From Octopus sinensis (lineage: Eukaryota), in contig NW_021833422.1 of NCBI RefSeq assembly GCF_006345805.1, positions 1 through 64,000 of the forward strand: 64,000 nucleotides of DNA, written 5' to 3'. Both the position numbers and the translations under genes were made by a program. The notes beneath the pieces were generated by a model. The model worked only from the letters and a program-made list of their open reading frames with translations, had not been told where the DNA came from and did no database searches. Shown piece by piece: positions 50,696-63,921 of the stretch (position 1 is the first letter of the stretch; every line of letters starts with the position of its first letter).

Positions 50696-51835
50696 GAGAA
50701 GGGAGAGGGAAGGAGAAAATAAGTAAAAATTGATAATGAATTGAAAAAGATATTAAAAATTACACAAAACTATATAAAACAAGAAAACGGAAACGGAATT
50801 AAAGAGAATGACGGGAAAAAATACAAGAAATGAAGAAATAAATAGGAAATTAAGATATAAAAACAAAAGGAAATAGGAAAAAAATAATAATAAAATAGCA
50901 TGAGTATTGAATAAAACAAGTAAATTTGAAACATGAAGTAAAAACAACCCAAATAAATTTTAAGGAATACTACAATACATAGAAAACGTTGAAAACAATA
51001 TGGCTGCCAAGGAAGAAATTTGTCGGTGACTTTTATATCTTATAAATGTCAACGACGCCATTTTAGCTGACACTTTCTATCAGCAATTTTATTGTTTCTC
51101 CTTCAATTCTTGTCTTTTATGTCAATGTTTTTAGCGTTTGTTTTATAGTATTTTTATATTGATTTCATGATGATTTTATGTTTGTTTGTTTGTGGAGAGT
51201 TTTGTTTTATTGTTATCATTATTATTATTATTATTATTATTATTGTTGTTGTTTTTGTTCAGTTATGGCGAGCAGTGGTGGGTTTTGATGTGTGATTGGG
51301 ATTGTACAATTGTCAATAGGGTTTGTATATTTATATATCCTGTTCGTTGTCTTCGTTATTTCTCTATGTATCTATATATTTTACGAATTTCTTCCTTTTT
51401 GAAAAAAAAAATAGCCCAGTTATAAAATTTCACTCAGAGTGAAAGAAATATTAACATAATAATAACAACAATAAAAGTAATAATAATAATAAAAGTAATA
51501 AAAATAAATAAACAACAACAACATCAATAATAATAATAATACTACTACACATCATATGTCTGTAATAGGAAATTTTATAGGTAAATGTAAATATTTTGCC
51601 TATCAATCTCTCTCTCTACGTATATCTGTGCGCATGAGCCTGTCTGTTTGTCTGCCTGCTTGTTTGTCAGTCTGTCTATGTATGTATTATTTATGTATGT
51701 GTTTGTATCTATACAAACACACACACAGACACACATGTATATAAACATACATACATGTAAGCACCCTTCACTGTCGCTCAGTATTTATTTATATGTATGT
51801 ATATATATATATATATGTACATGCATACATACACA

Positions 51836-51894
<59 letters not shown>

Positions 51895-52075
51895 TTCTAT
51901 TTGTTTCAGTTATTTGACTGCAGCCATGCTAGAGCACCGACTTTAGTCGAGCAAATCGCCTAGTACTTATTCTATCGGTCTCTTTTGCCGAACCGCTAAG
52001 TTACGGGGACGTAAACACACCAGCATCGGTTGTCAAGCAATGTTTGGGGACCAACACGCACACACAAACACACAA
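51895..52075 (-). mobile_element. Family-A SINE 3' half
   Basis: TTGTTTCAGTTATTTGACTGCAGCCATGCTAGAGCACCG..GGGGACCAACAC. Confidence 0.82.
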
Positions 52076-53187
52076 ACATATACATCTATCTATCTATATA
52101 TCTATCTATATATCTATATCTACCTATCCTTGTGTCACCATTTTCCCTTCGTACTCCCTCTACCTCGTAAATTTAAAGATTTGTTTAACAGTTCCCGCTA
52201 CACATCTCTATAATTTCCTTTCTTACTGTCCTTTTAACTCCATTCCTTCTTACAATTTCAACATTTCTATTGCCGTTGTTCAAATTTAACGACTTTCGTC
52301 TTTCTCTCAATATATTTTCCCTTTCACGTTACGACTAAATAAAGTACAAACACCTATCAAACAGTCGCATTACCCAGTTGTAAATTTATGTTCTCTCTCT
52401 CTCCCCCCCCCACACACACATAAACATATAGGCAACCAACCATACACACAAACAAATAACCTATTTCTCTATTTTTAGTTTTTCTGACAACCTGGTATTC
52501 CTACTATCATATGACAGATTCGCTGGTGTTAACATAGCTTTAACTTTTGGCGCAGTTATTGTCCAGGTGACGTAATATGCGGTCATAACATCCATTTGAT
52601 ATCCATGCTAGCTCATGAAATATTCACGGGACAAATATAGCCTCAACTTTTGGTGATATTATAATTCATACAATCACATGACACTCTGACCTCGTGGCCA
52701 ATTTCAGCCAACCAAAACTCTCCAATTGGTCGAGACAAATATAGCATAGTTTCAGGTCTTTCTATCAAAAATACGTATTGTTAAAATCATGAAATTGTGA
52801 AACCGGTCATGTTATTGTAAATAAATATTTTTAATGACCCCTAATGCATTTTCGATTTTTGTTTCCTTTACAGACTCATACGCACTCACACATGCACACA
52901 TATTTAGGATGTACATGTATGTATACATGTTTGTATGTGTAATATATAAATATATAGTTTATGCTGTCCATGTTCAGAGAGAGGGATTGGATTTGTGCAA
53001 ATCTTTTCCCCATTATAAAAGAACCTTCATGCACAGGGTTCACTTGAAAAGAAAAGTAAAACCTATCACAAAAATGGCTGGCCGTAGCGTTTGCATATGT
53101 GGGACTTTTGATCAGGCGATGGCAATACTTGAACACGGGTTGGCAGCCATCAATTATGTTACGGATGGATGGATGGGTGAATGGATA

Positions 53188-53715
53188 CGAGGTTCTATAA
53201 GAAGAAAACTACAACGCGTATCAATTTGATATTAAATCTCTTTCGAAGCAGTCCCCCTTCTATCCAACATTGTTTCCATTCATAGAAGCATCCCCGGAAA
53301 CCCCTTTTTTTAGTGGGGGTGGGGATAGCGAATAGCTGCCTCGTCGCGTCCTCTTGGATTTCCTCGACGACTTGGAAATCTTGTTAGGGATCTTCCACTA
53401 CGAAGACTGATCCTTGGTTTCGGGATCATAGCCATAGGCCGATGGTTCGTCACCTGTTATGACCATTTCCAAGAAGTCTTCCTTTCCCTCGACACAACCC
53501 AGAAGATCCTACACAGCTGAAACCCGATCTTTTTCAAACGGCTACACTGTCCATAATTTAGTTCGAAGCACTGCTGTAAACAAAATGAATGAGAACTTTA
53601 TACCTTAATGTGCGTACGTGTCAGCGTTCAAGGCCAATCTGTGCCAGGCAACTACACTGTGTATTTAACTCCGTTACCCTAGCAACGGTCGCTATGCTTT
53701 TTGATCAGATCTCGT
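53188..53715 (-). mobile_element. Internally deleted mariner element
   Basis: Minus-strand translation KKDRVSAV*DLLGCVEGKEDFLEMVITGDEPSAYGYDPETKDQSS*W and EEIQEDATRQL..GDCFEK; degenerate termini TA-CGAGG (53186) and GATCAGATCTCGT (about 53703-53715). Confidence 0.75.
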
Positions 53716-53718
53716 GTA

Positions 53719-53774
<56 letters not shown>

Positions 53775-53784
53775 CATACATACA

Positions 53785-54085
53785 GGACGTCACCAAGTAT
53801 AAACAATATGAGGTACGAAAACAAACGAGTTAAATACGCAAACAGCAAGAGAAAAAATGGAAAACAGGACAAGTAACACAAAGAACGACCCTTCATCAGT
53901 TGTTGGATCTCTATCTAGTCTTCATTGTCATTGACTGCTCGAAATGAGGAGTAGATAGACAGCCGACAACTGATGAAGGGTCATTCTTTGTGTTACTTTT
54001 CCTGTTTTCCATTTGCTTCTGTCGTTGTTTGCGTATTTAACTCGTTTGTTTTCATACTTCATGTTGTTTACACTTGGTGGCGTCC
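53785..54085. repeat. Inverted repeat pair with 133-bp arms (Penelope-like foldback) between (TA)n tracts
   Basis: 53785-53917 versus 53952-54085 in reverse complement; contains CAACTGATGAAGGGTC. Confidence 0.8.
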
Positions 54086-54089
54086 GAAC

Positions 54090-54171
<82 letters not shown>

Positions 54172-54184
54172 TATTTATATTATT

Positions 54185-54422
54185 ATTTTATTGAACGCCA
54201 CGCATCCATTCCCAAGTTGGGGTTCAAGGCAAAGGAGTAAGGCGGTTGAAAATATACCACCCGCACTGACCTGTAATCTTCATAATTGCAACATCTGTGA
54301 TCTTCTTTGCAAATCGTTGGCGGGACTTAAATGCCCGATTCGACATAAACATTATGACTGACAAAGAAAGATTAGGTTGTCGGATCCCCATACGTCGAAA
54401 CCGACAGAAGCGTCCATCATAT
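54185..54422 (+). mobile_element. 3' end fragment of an RTE-like LINE, diverged
   Basis: CNICDLLCKSLAGLKCPIRHKHYD*, then CCATACGTCGAAACCGACAGAAGCGTCCATCAT, similar to the fragment at 44090-44340. Confidence 0.5.
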
Positions 54423-54644
54423 ACAGGAATGATACAGCTATTTATAGTAATACCAACACCTAAAAGAAACTATTCTTTCGGTTTCCTGATTTCTTCAGCT
54501 TAACTTCGAATGGCAGTAAATAATGGTCTGTAGAAACTGCATCGACAGTAAGACCTAAATGCGCGCCTAACAGCGTTCAGTTGATGCAGGTGAAATGTGC
54601 GTAGGTGCACGAAAGAATGCTGTAAATAACTGCTTAATAAAATT

Positions 54645-54925
54645 ATGTTTGTTCCTTCTCGAGCCACGCCTGGCTCATGAGGGCCGGTTTCCCGGTTTCC
54701 TTGGCGTACAGGTTCCCAACATGAACAGGACGCCGGACCGTCGCAGGTGGGCTGCAAGATGCAGGAGGAAAGAGTGAGCAGAAGTTCGCCATTACCTTCT
54801 GCCGCAGCCGCGTAGAGCTTAGGTGTTTCGCTCATAAACACACACATCGCACGGTCTGAGATTCGAACCTGCCATCCCTCGATCGCGAGTCCGCTGCTCT
54901 AACCACTTGGCCACGTGCCTCCACT
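54645..54925 (-). mobile_element. Family-C SINE, tail variant 2
   Basis: TTGTTCCTTCTCGAGCCACGCC..GAGATTCGAACCTGCC..CCACTTGGCCACGTGCCTCCA. Confidence 0.88.
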
Positions 54926-54974
54926 AATAAAATTATAGATGTGGAAAATCTCCGTTCTCCTGACCATTACTATA

Positions 54975-55100
54975 CAATAAATCCTCGACTATTGCGGGTG
55001 TTACGTTCCAAAATCCCTCGCGATAGGTCAAAATCCGCGAAGTAGAAACAGTACTGTACTCTGTTATCATTATTATTTCTATAATTTGTATATATTTATT
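54975..55100 (+). mobile_element. One end of a pogo/Tigger-like MITE
   Basis: TA-CAATAAATCCTCGACTATTGCGGGTGTTACGTTCCAAAATCCCTCGCGATAGGTCAAAATCCGCGAAGTAG resembles CAGTAAACCCTCG-type termini; partner TIR not found. Confidence 0.55.
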
Positions 55101-55192
55101 TTATTATAAATGCAAAACACGACCACGGAGGAATCGACGTAAGCTTAAATAATAGACCGCGATAGATGACCTGCGATATGACATGGGATTAT

Positions 55193-55269
<77 letters not shown>

Positions 55270-55374
55270 TATATATAACGGGAAGCTTTACGAAAATAAA
55301 CAAAAGACGCAGGCAGGTGGAATACAAACAAACAATTGTATTAGTATGGCGCTCAAGAATAGAAATAAAACAAG

Positions 55375-55412
55375 TCTTTTACGTTTCGAGCCTACGCTCT
55401 TCAACAGAAAGA
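55375..55412 (-). ncRNA. Hammerhead-like motif with an A6U core variant in a Penelope-like repeat
   Basis: UCUUU-CUGUUGA-A-GAGC-guag-GCUC-GAAAC-GUA-AAAGA. Confidence 0.55.
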
Positions 55413-55879
55413 TACACAGAAAAGAAACACGGAGAGAAACAAGGAGAGAAAAAAATGCGTGCAGGAGCTAACGATTCAAAATGGCGGTCTATATAATAGT
55501 TTGAGAATGAGAGAATAAAATGTATTTCCGTATTTAGTAGTTTTATTAGTACTTCGTTTCTTCAAAGGCAGGGAAAATTTTGTCAGCTTTGAATTATACT
55601 TATTAGGATATATATTGAAATAACTATAGTTAGTTATAATTTGTTGTTTTTGAGAGGTTGAAACGAAACCGGATGGCCGGAGCGACTAATATGCATGTGG
55701 AATTGATGACTGCTAATGTTGTTTTGTGACTGTGTGACGGTAGGGTGGTGTCAGGGCAGTGTTCATTGCAAGAGCAAACCGCTGGGTGAGGTCTATTAAT
55801 GTGATCAAAAGCCGGTTCATCAGCCTTCAACCACATGCCCACCCTGCGGCCAGAGCTCGGTTTGCAGAGTTTCTCCAGC

Positions 55880-56250
55880 TTTCTTTATGTTGCATGCAAT
55901 CAGCCAGATGCCAGATTCTAATTCCCATTAAATTCTTAGACGTCTTCAGTCAACAAAACATCTTTGACCGCCTCTATGCTCTCACTCACCTCCACACTTC
56001 TAGTCAAAATGGTTTCAGGCAATGACTCGTGACGCATCGCATGTCCAACATTTGGTAGTTTTCTGGGCTTCATTCTTGACAATAATTATTTTTGCTCTTT
56101 CATCTCTTGCAGTATTGCAGTTTTTGTTACTCTGTCATCCTGACCTCTCCTGCCCAACCTACGAATAATCCACATCGCAAAGGCTTCGATGTTCTTTTAC
56201 ATAACTCTGCAGATTGTTCAAGATTCAGCGCCGTACAAAATGATTGACAT
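55880..56250 (+). pseudogene. Possible highly degraded LINE RT fragment
   Basis: ..DRLYALTHLHTSSQNGFRQ and a downstream KGFDV resemble the Q-GFR and KAFD motifs; many stops. Confidence 0.3.
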
Positions 56251-56332
56251 TATATAACAATTGACTAGCCCTAGTTTTAGGTGCGGGGTTATGTCATGTG
56301 AGATGAAAATCGTTTTCGTTCATATAGACACA

Positions 56333-56513
56333 GGCGTGGATGCGGGGTAAGAAGCTTGCTTCGCAATTGCATGGTTCCATGTTTAGACCCACTGCGTGAC
56401 ACATTTACCAAATATCTAACAAAATAGCCTCGAACCGACCAATGCCTTGGGAGTGGATTTGGTAGACGGAAACTGAAAGAAGCCTGATATATATATATAT
56501 CGGGCTTCTTCCA

Positions 56514-56544
<31 letters not shown>

Positions 56545-56745
56545 CTGGAAGAAGCCCGATATATATATATATATATATCGAGCTTCTTCCAGTGTGTGTG
56601 TGGTAAGAAACTTGCTTCCCAACCACATGGTTCTGGGTTGAGTACCACTTCATGGCACCTTGGTTAAGTGTCTTCTGCTATAGCCCCGAGCCGACCAAAG
56701 GCTTGTGAGTGGATTTGGTAGACGGAAACTAAAAGAAGCCCATGT
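56333..56745 (+). mobile_element. Two tandem family-A SINE 5' halves
   Basis: Two GGTAAGAAG/ACTTGCTT..GTGGATTTGGTAGACGGAAACT..GAAGCC units. Confidence 0.8.
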
Positions 56746-57498
56746 ATAATATATATATATATATATATATTATACATCTGTGTGTGTGTGTGTGTGTGTA
56801 ATGAAGGCGTGTGACCCAGTGGTTAGAATATTTGGCTCTTGATCGAGAGTTCAAGTTCGATTCCTGGCGACACGTTAAGTCCTTGAGCTAGACGTTATAT
56901 TTCACGTAGCTTCGGTCCAGTCAGCTGGCAAAAATTCAATTGAGCCAACTTTGTCACTTTTCTGTGCCTTGCTGGAAACTCCCCTGGGAAGTACGTTAGG
57001 GGTACACGCATCTCGGGACTGCTCAGTTACTTGCACGTTAATTTCACGAGCAGGCTGTTCCATTGATCGGATCAGCTGAAACTCTCGTCGTCGCAACCGA
57101 CGGAGTACCAGTTGTGTGTGCGTGTAGGTGCGCGTAGACATATATGTCAACTTTTATAACCTCAAAACCTATGAAATATTTGTATGGAGTTAAAGAAAGT
57201 GAAGAAACTGTATTACGTTAAACCCAATAATTCATTTCAATGGTTTCAGGCTTGTTATTTAGTTGTAAAAACAGACATTTCTATACACACACACAATCAC
57301 ACACGCACACACACACACATACACATCTATATATTGACACACCTATGTGTGTGTGTATTTATGTGTCTTTGTAGGCAAACGCCCATGTTTATATGCATGA
57401 TTAACTGTCTATTTGCACGAAAATAAATCATACATACCTCTAGACATACATACACACACACGTATAAGTATGTGTGTGTGTGTGTATATATATATATA

Positions 57499-57540
<42 letters not shown>

Positions 57541-57859
57541 CACATAATATAAATAGACATACGGTTATAGAAATAAGTGTTTTCAAATGAATACAAACAG
57601 CATTGTTCAAAATATTGCCCCATTTCATGTGCTACGTTTAATATTTGTTATTTTATCGAGAGTGACTTCGAAGTTTTCCTGGTGGTAGCATTTTTAAAAC
57701 AATTTAAAGAAACCCCCTTTGGCAAAACTTCGATATCAGTATTATATAATATAGTTATCTTAAGTAGTGATCTATTTCGACTGAATTCCGAGCGTTGCTC
57801 TCTGTGTGGTGTCCTTTGTAAACGTTTTACTCTACTCTACTGTCTATCTATCCGTCCAT

Positions 57860-57877
57860 TTCTCTCTGCCTGCTTGC

Positions 57878-57934
<57 letters not shown>

Positions 57935-58006
57935 CGTCCATTTCTCTCTGTCTATCTATCTATCTGTCCATTTCTCTCTCTCTATCTATCTATCTGTCCA
58001 TTTCTC

Positions 58007-58097
<91 letters not shown>

Positions 58098-58130
58098 CTG
58101 TCTGCCTATCTATCTATCCGTCCATTTCTC
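57860..58130. repeat. (TCTA)n microsatellite with repeated TCCATTTCTCT interruptions
   Basis: Direct reading. Confidence 0.9.
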
Positions 58131-58300
58131 TCTGCATATCTGTCTGACTACCTGCTATTCTCTGTATGTGTGTCTATCTGTTTGTGCTTGTCTGTCTGTC
58201 TGCTAACCTATAACAAACTGACGAATACACAAACGCACACACATATTCATTTATGTATGTATGTATGTATACGATGTGAAATATTATATGTATCTAAGTA

Positions 58301-58359
<59 letters not shown>

Positions 58360-58544
58360 TTAAGATTCCTGCTTTCTGTTCATTTACTTCCTATGGACAT
58401 CATTCGAAGCCAGGTCAAATTTCTAATTAGCTGTTAAGCACTCCCAATGAATAAATTACATGATTTGCCGAACGAAAATGTAATTTGCGTGGGTTAGGAT
58501 TGAGAGTCTAGATTTCACAACTATCGCTCTTCGCTATTCTTTTC

Positions 58545-58741
58545 TTTTCTTTCACTTGTTTCAGTCATTTTTCTGCGGCCATGCTGGTGCACCGCCTTTT
58601 AGTCGAATAAATCGGCCCCCAGGACTTATTCTTAGTAAGACTAGTACTTATTCTATCGGTCTCTTTTGCTGAGTTTCGTGAGTTACGGGGACGTAAACAT
58701 ATCAGCATCGGTTGTCAAGCGATGGTAGGGGACAAATACAG

Positions 58742-58774
<33 letters not shown>

Positions 58775-58853
58775 AAACAATACTGGGAGGATACGAAACG
58801 GAACGAAGCGACGAATCGAAACGAACCCGACGCGAAAGCGCTGTCAGACAATA

Positions 58854-58886
<33 letters not shown>

Positions 58887-59042
58887 CGGCGGGCTTCTTT
58901 CAATTTCCGTCTACCAACACTCACAAGGCTTTGGTCGGCCCGCGGCTATAGAACAAGACACTTGTCCAAGGTGCCACGCAGTGGGACTGAACCAGGAACC
59001 ATGTGGTTGGTAAGCACTCTACTAACCACACAGCCACTGCCG
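58545..59042 (-). mobile_element. Family-A SINE with a foreign segment (about 58775-58858) in its microsatellite
   Basis: Tail at 58545-58760 and head at 58885-59042; the inserted piece resembles 47115-47170. Confidence 0.8.
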
Positions 59043-59899
59043 CGCCTTTAGATAAAGGTTTTTATCTTTATAACTTTACTGCGTTGTCTGGTCACTACAT
59101 CGACAAGAGAATATTTTCGGTTGTACTTAAACTGCATCATCGGGAACCCTTTGGACGTTTCGGTCATTTTATATTAATACCATGTGCTTGACTGCTATTC
59201 ATATGTGTTCAGTTATCACGTGCACGCGCACAAATATGCCTGTTTCTCGATAACTACTTCATACAATGACACATCACTTTTAACTTGTAGCAGGAGGATA
59301 GCTTCAGGAACTTAAACAAAATCCCATCGCACGAAAATGAACTCCTTCCATAGCAACTGAAGTCAGTAATGGCCAGTGAGGTGATTTACAGGGGACAAAA
59401 ACTAGACAAACTTCCACATTCTTCAGCAACATTTTAGCTGTCTGTACACCCAATTGTGCTCCCATTGTCTTCAAAACAATCTTAGAGGAGTTCAAAATCC
59501 ATGATATCCAGGCCTGAATATCTCTAGATAAGAATCACTGTATGCTTCTATAGAATAACTTTAACGGTTTCATGTCTAAATAATTAAGGTTGTATATCTT
59601 AATTATCCCTAAAATGTACCGAGGTACGGTTAATGGGGATGAGACAAAACAGAGGAAGAAACAAGCAAACGAGTTCCAGATTAAGGAAGACCAACTGCAG
59701 AAACAAAAGAGAAAACATAATGGAACCTCGCCACAAGGCTAAGAAATCATTTAATTCTTATTGGACGTGATTAAAGAGTGGAGGATATACGTAAGGAAAT
59801 TCTATGAAACTTTGAATTTTTGGGGGTTGGTGAAAATTTTGCTTGAACTAAGCAAGTTTGTGGGTATACTTTAAACATATATGAGGAAAACCTTGGGTA

Positions 59900-60560
59900 C
59901 TCAGATCCCCTCCATGGTGTCTTTCTATATACTCGATCGTTGATGAGCTGCTCCTACCTGATCTTATAATCTAATTCGATCTTTCGGATGTCGTAAAGGT
60001 GAGATCCTAAAATTCTTTGACAAGAAAATAATGGTATCTCCTATTTACAAACACAGTCCGGGTGTCGTTAGATATTAGGGAATCTATTGCAATGAATGTT
60101 TTAAGAACGAACTGCAAAACAGAATAGTAACTTGGTAGAAATTTTGCCGGTGCCTAGGGGAGAAGGTGAGGTTACAAAGATATCTAGGCAGAAAATCAAA
60201 GGTATCTCAGATTTGGTACACGGAACAAACTGGTGGCCTTACAGTAGAGCTAGGAAGCGAATGGTCTTGAGCTTCAGAAAGAAGGCTAAAGAAAGTAAGC
60301 TATTTTGGAACATGGTATCAGAAATGGAACCAAGCATGTTGCAATTCCTTCTGAGAGAAGAGAGAAGTACACTGTGCTTCTATTTTCCGGCTAATATTAA
60401 CTGCTGGAGTTTTGAGCTTCGCCGCTGAATGCCATGGATTCTGAGGTTATGTGAGTCGTTGGAGCATGTTCTGAAAGAATGTAACGCCATTCCTTGCAAA
60501 GCATGCATGATGTCATAATTAGATGCTGTGTAGCTTTGCACCTGTCATAAAACATCAGAT
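59900..60560 (+). pseudogene. Possible relic of an RLE-type (R2/R4/NeSL-like) non-LTR retrotransposon
   Basis: LPVPRGEGE resembles Y-PR-EGG-G; LCESLEHVLKEC followed by a degraded HN motif resembles the CCHC knuckle plus RHD/N; many stops and frameshifts. Confidence 0.4.
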
Positions 60561-61393
60561 CGATAGCAATACAATGAGAATAAGCAAAAAGTTGCATGTT
60601 GTTGTCTTCTTCAAGGCGAGTGCGAAAGAATGGAAAACTATCAGCCAGATAGCCATATGTTACTAATGACCGGATGGAGAGATCCTAAAGCTAAATATTA
60701 TTTACCACATAAAATTTTGTTTCTATACACTTTCAGAAAAGTAGAAGAAAACTTACGGTTTCAAAAAGGGATCACCTCAGTAAATTTATTTAAAGATAGC
60801 AGAAAATAAGGGTCGCATATGCAACTGCACATTTTCTATGCGGAAGAAACACGTGTCGGTCATATTCACCAAACTATGCAGTATAATTAACAGGGAAAGT
60901 TAAAAACAAAAATTCGAAGATGTATGGTTCTCGGTATTCTTTGTAATTGCTTGAGATTTACACTCCTAAAAATATTCCTACTCCAGTCAAGTGAACCCAG
61001 GGTTTACTTATCAGATGAATTACTTTGGGATTGCTTAACCTAAGCAATCCAAGGTGCTCCCTACTGTTTTATGTGGTTAGTCTGAACTTGGAAACGCGCA
61101 TGGATAACTTATCCCTATATACCGGTCTACACACATATATATATATATATATGCATCTGTGTGTAACTATATTTATATGTATATTTATACACAGACGTAC
61201 ACATAAAATCTATATCTTCCCCCCTTTCTCTTTCTATCCAAACACAAACATATGTATATATATATATATATATAATATATATATATATATACACATGAAT
61301 ATAAATGTATATAAATATATATTTATACATATACAAACATATATACACATACATACATACATACAATCATATATAAATCTCTCTCTCTGTCTG

Positions 61394-61438
<45 letters not shown>

Positions 61439-61602
61439 CTCACAATACGCATAACACATTCACACACACACATATATATATATACATATATATGCATATA
61501 TATAGATATATATACATATGTATATGTATATACATATACATGCATATACACATACGATCGTTTACATATGTGTGTGTATATGAAAGAACATTCAACACCC
61601 AC

Positions 61603-61654
<52 letters not shown>

Positions 61655-62174
61655 CATGTCTGGGTGGATAGTTAGTATGATTTATACATTCTATTTCACT
61701 ATTTATGTCTGTCAAATTTTATTGCTCTACGGCAATGTTAAAAAGTGTCAGTATTTCTTAGTGTCTATAAAATGTAATTCCGTCCTCCGTCGGCTTCGAT
61801 CAAGTGAACTACTTTTTCATTGTAGTAACGTATAGCTGGCTGAGTACTCCAGAGACGCATGTATATTAGAATGTGATATAATATGTAACCAGACCGATGT
61901 TTTCACATGGACATGAGATGCAGGAGTTTGTGAGAGAAATTAGTTGGATAGCAGAGGTTGGTTCGTGTTGAATAGCCGAGAAGCTTGCAGCTACGCCGGA
62001 CAAGGTACTGAGTTAGTTATCCCAATTTTGTTGCGTTCAGCCAGCCAGAGATGTACAATTTTTAAGTGGTCGAAACTTCAATGAAGTCTGGTTTACTGCA
62101 GATGATTCTCCAGTATTGATAGCAACATACATCAGTGTTGCTATTTTATACTATATATACTATATATTATTTCT

Positions 62175-62270
62175 TTTCTACTCTAGGCACAAGGCCCGAT
62201 TTTCTTTTTGTGGGGCGCAGTCAATTAGATCGACCCCAGTGCGCAACTGGTACTTAATTTATCGACCCCT
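62175..62270 (-). mobile_element. Family-B SINE 3' fragment
   Basis: CTTTTCTACTCTAGGCACAAGGCCCG..GATCGACCCCAGTGCGCAACTGGTACTTAATTTATCGACCCC. Confidence 0.8.
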
Positions 62271-63294
62271 CCCTCTTTCGCCACCCCCCTTTTCTCTATC
62301 ATTTCCTGTAGTCCATGTTGCATCTCCACCTTTGGTTCTTTTATTCCACTTAACTTCCGTTTTACTCTAGACCTGCCATGTAAGCAGACCTCGTAAAATT
62401 GGTATCAGTTCTTTGTATTTTTCTATTGATCTCTTATCCTTTTCTTCTGCCGAGAAAACAACTGTAGCCTGTGATTTTTCAACGAAAACCATACGTTAAG
62501 TATGTGATACGATATGTAAAAATGTTGATCTAGCGCTGTTTCTCTTGCATAATTCTAATAATTCTTACACTAATTCGAACCACAACACCACCTAATTTTT
62601 AGATATTCATACAGGAATACGAACGACCCTGAGTTTACGCATAAAACACAAACAAAATCCCTGCATGCAGAGAGAAAGTGAGTGTCCCATTAGACACAAA
62701 ATATCCGTAACCAAATCTCTTCATAAATGGACATCGAAATTTTTTTTCAGTAAAGAAACTTTACCTTTAAAATAAACATTAGTTAATGACCTGTATCGTT
62801 ATAAAGAAGTAGATCTGGTAATAGAATAATACAGAGCTGCAACGAGCGTAGCCCAATATAAACATATAAACCATGCATAAAGTATGCTATACGACCGCGC
62901 ATCCTGTTTGTAGAAAAGATATATTAAGAAACATATAAAAAGAATACGACATGTACCACACCTAACCGCAAACAAATATTTATAACGTATAACTAAAGCC
63001 TGAAATGAAGAAAATCCTTCCTCAACAGCGCGAAACCACAAATTACAAGCGAATATCCGACACCAGATAATGTAATTGTATTAAATTTTAAGGTAAACAT
63101 ATTTGCAAGCCCCATGACTAAATCTGTAAGAAAGGGCTCACAAATAGGACATTTTCTCGTCTCTTGATCAAGAAGGGGCTGAGCAAGGGCAAAACATTGA
63201 ACTAAATAAAGGACTTACATTGGAAATATTAAAAAAAAACCTTTCATAAAACAAATTACATTTCATTCTCTATATATAAGATGTGTGTTGTGTG

Positions 63295-63748
63295 GGTACT
63301 ACTAGCGAACAGTGATCCCGGTGCGCGCACTCGCGCTAGCTAGACGTAAGTAGTCGATCCTACAACGACTTGCGCGTATGCAAATGATACATGTTTGTAT
63401 TTCAAGGCTGAATACATATCAAAGAAAATGTTTTTTTTTTAAACAATGTATATAATTTTTTTACACAAATTAAATAATATTTTTCGAACAAAGTAAATAA
63501 AACACAAAATAAATAAATTATTTTTTATAAACAAACTAAGGTTAGGGTTAGGTTTAAAAATTTTTTTTTTAATTATTTACTTTACGTTTTATTTACTTTG
63601 TTCGAAAAATACAAAGAAGCCATTTTCTTTGATATGTATTCAGCCTTGAATACAAACATGTATCGCGCATGCGCGAATCTATTCATTTGCATACTTATGA
63701 CTAGCTAGCACGAGTGCGCGCTCCGGACCACTGTTCGCTAGTAGTACC
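63295..63748. mobile_element. Non-autonomous MULE/Foldback-type DNA transposon
   Basis: Termini GGTACTACTAGCGAACAGTG and CACTGTTCGCTAGTAGTACC; inner inverted blocks (GATACATGTTTGTATT..CAAGGCTGAATACATATCAAAGAAAATG); 9-bp TSD TGTTGTGTG at 63286-63294 and 63749-63757. Confidence 0.88.
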
Positions 63749-63884
63749 TGTTGTGTGTGTGTTTGTTATGTGTGTGTGCTTATGATATAAGTACACAACG
63801 TCATGAGCTATCCCCTATTTACCGTATTTGTTCATATACGAGAAACATCGATCGTAGAACAAACATCAAATTCGAGTCAACGTC

Positions 63885-63916
<32 letters not shown>

Positions 63917-63921
<5 letters not shown>

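Noticed and set aside
62799-63041. Hydrophobic minus-strand ORF with plausible splice acceptors (TTTCAG, CTACAAACAG)
   Set aside because: No recognisable homology, the frames close on stops, and the only usable donor (GTCATT) is weak; not supportable without RNA data.
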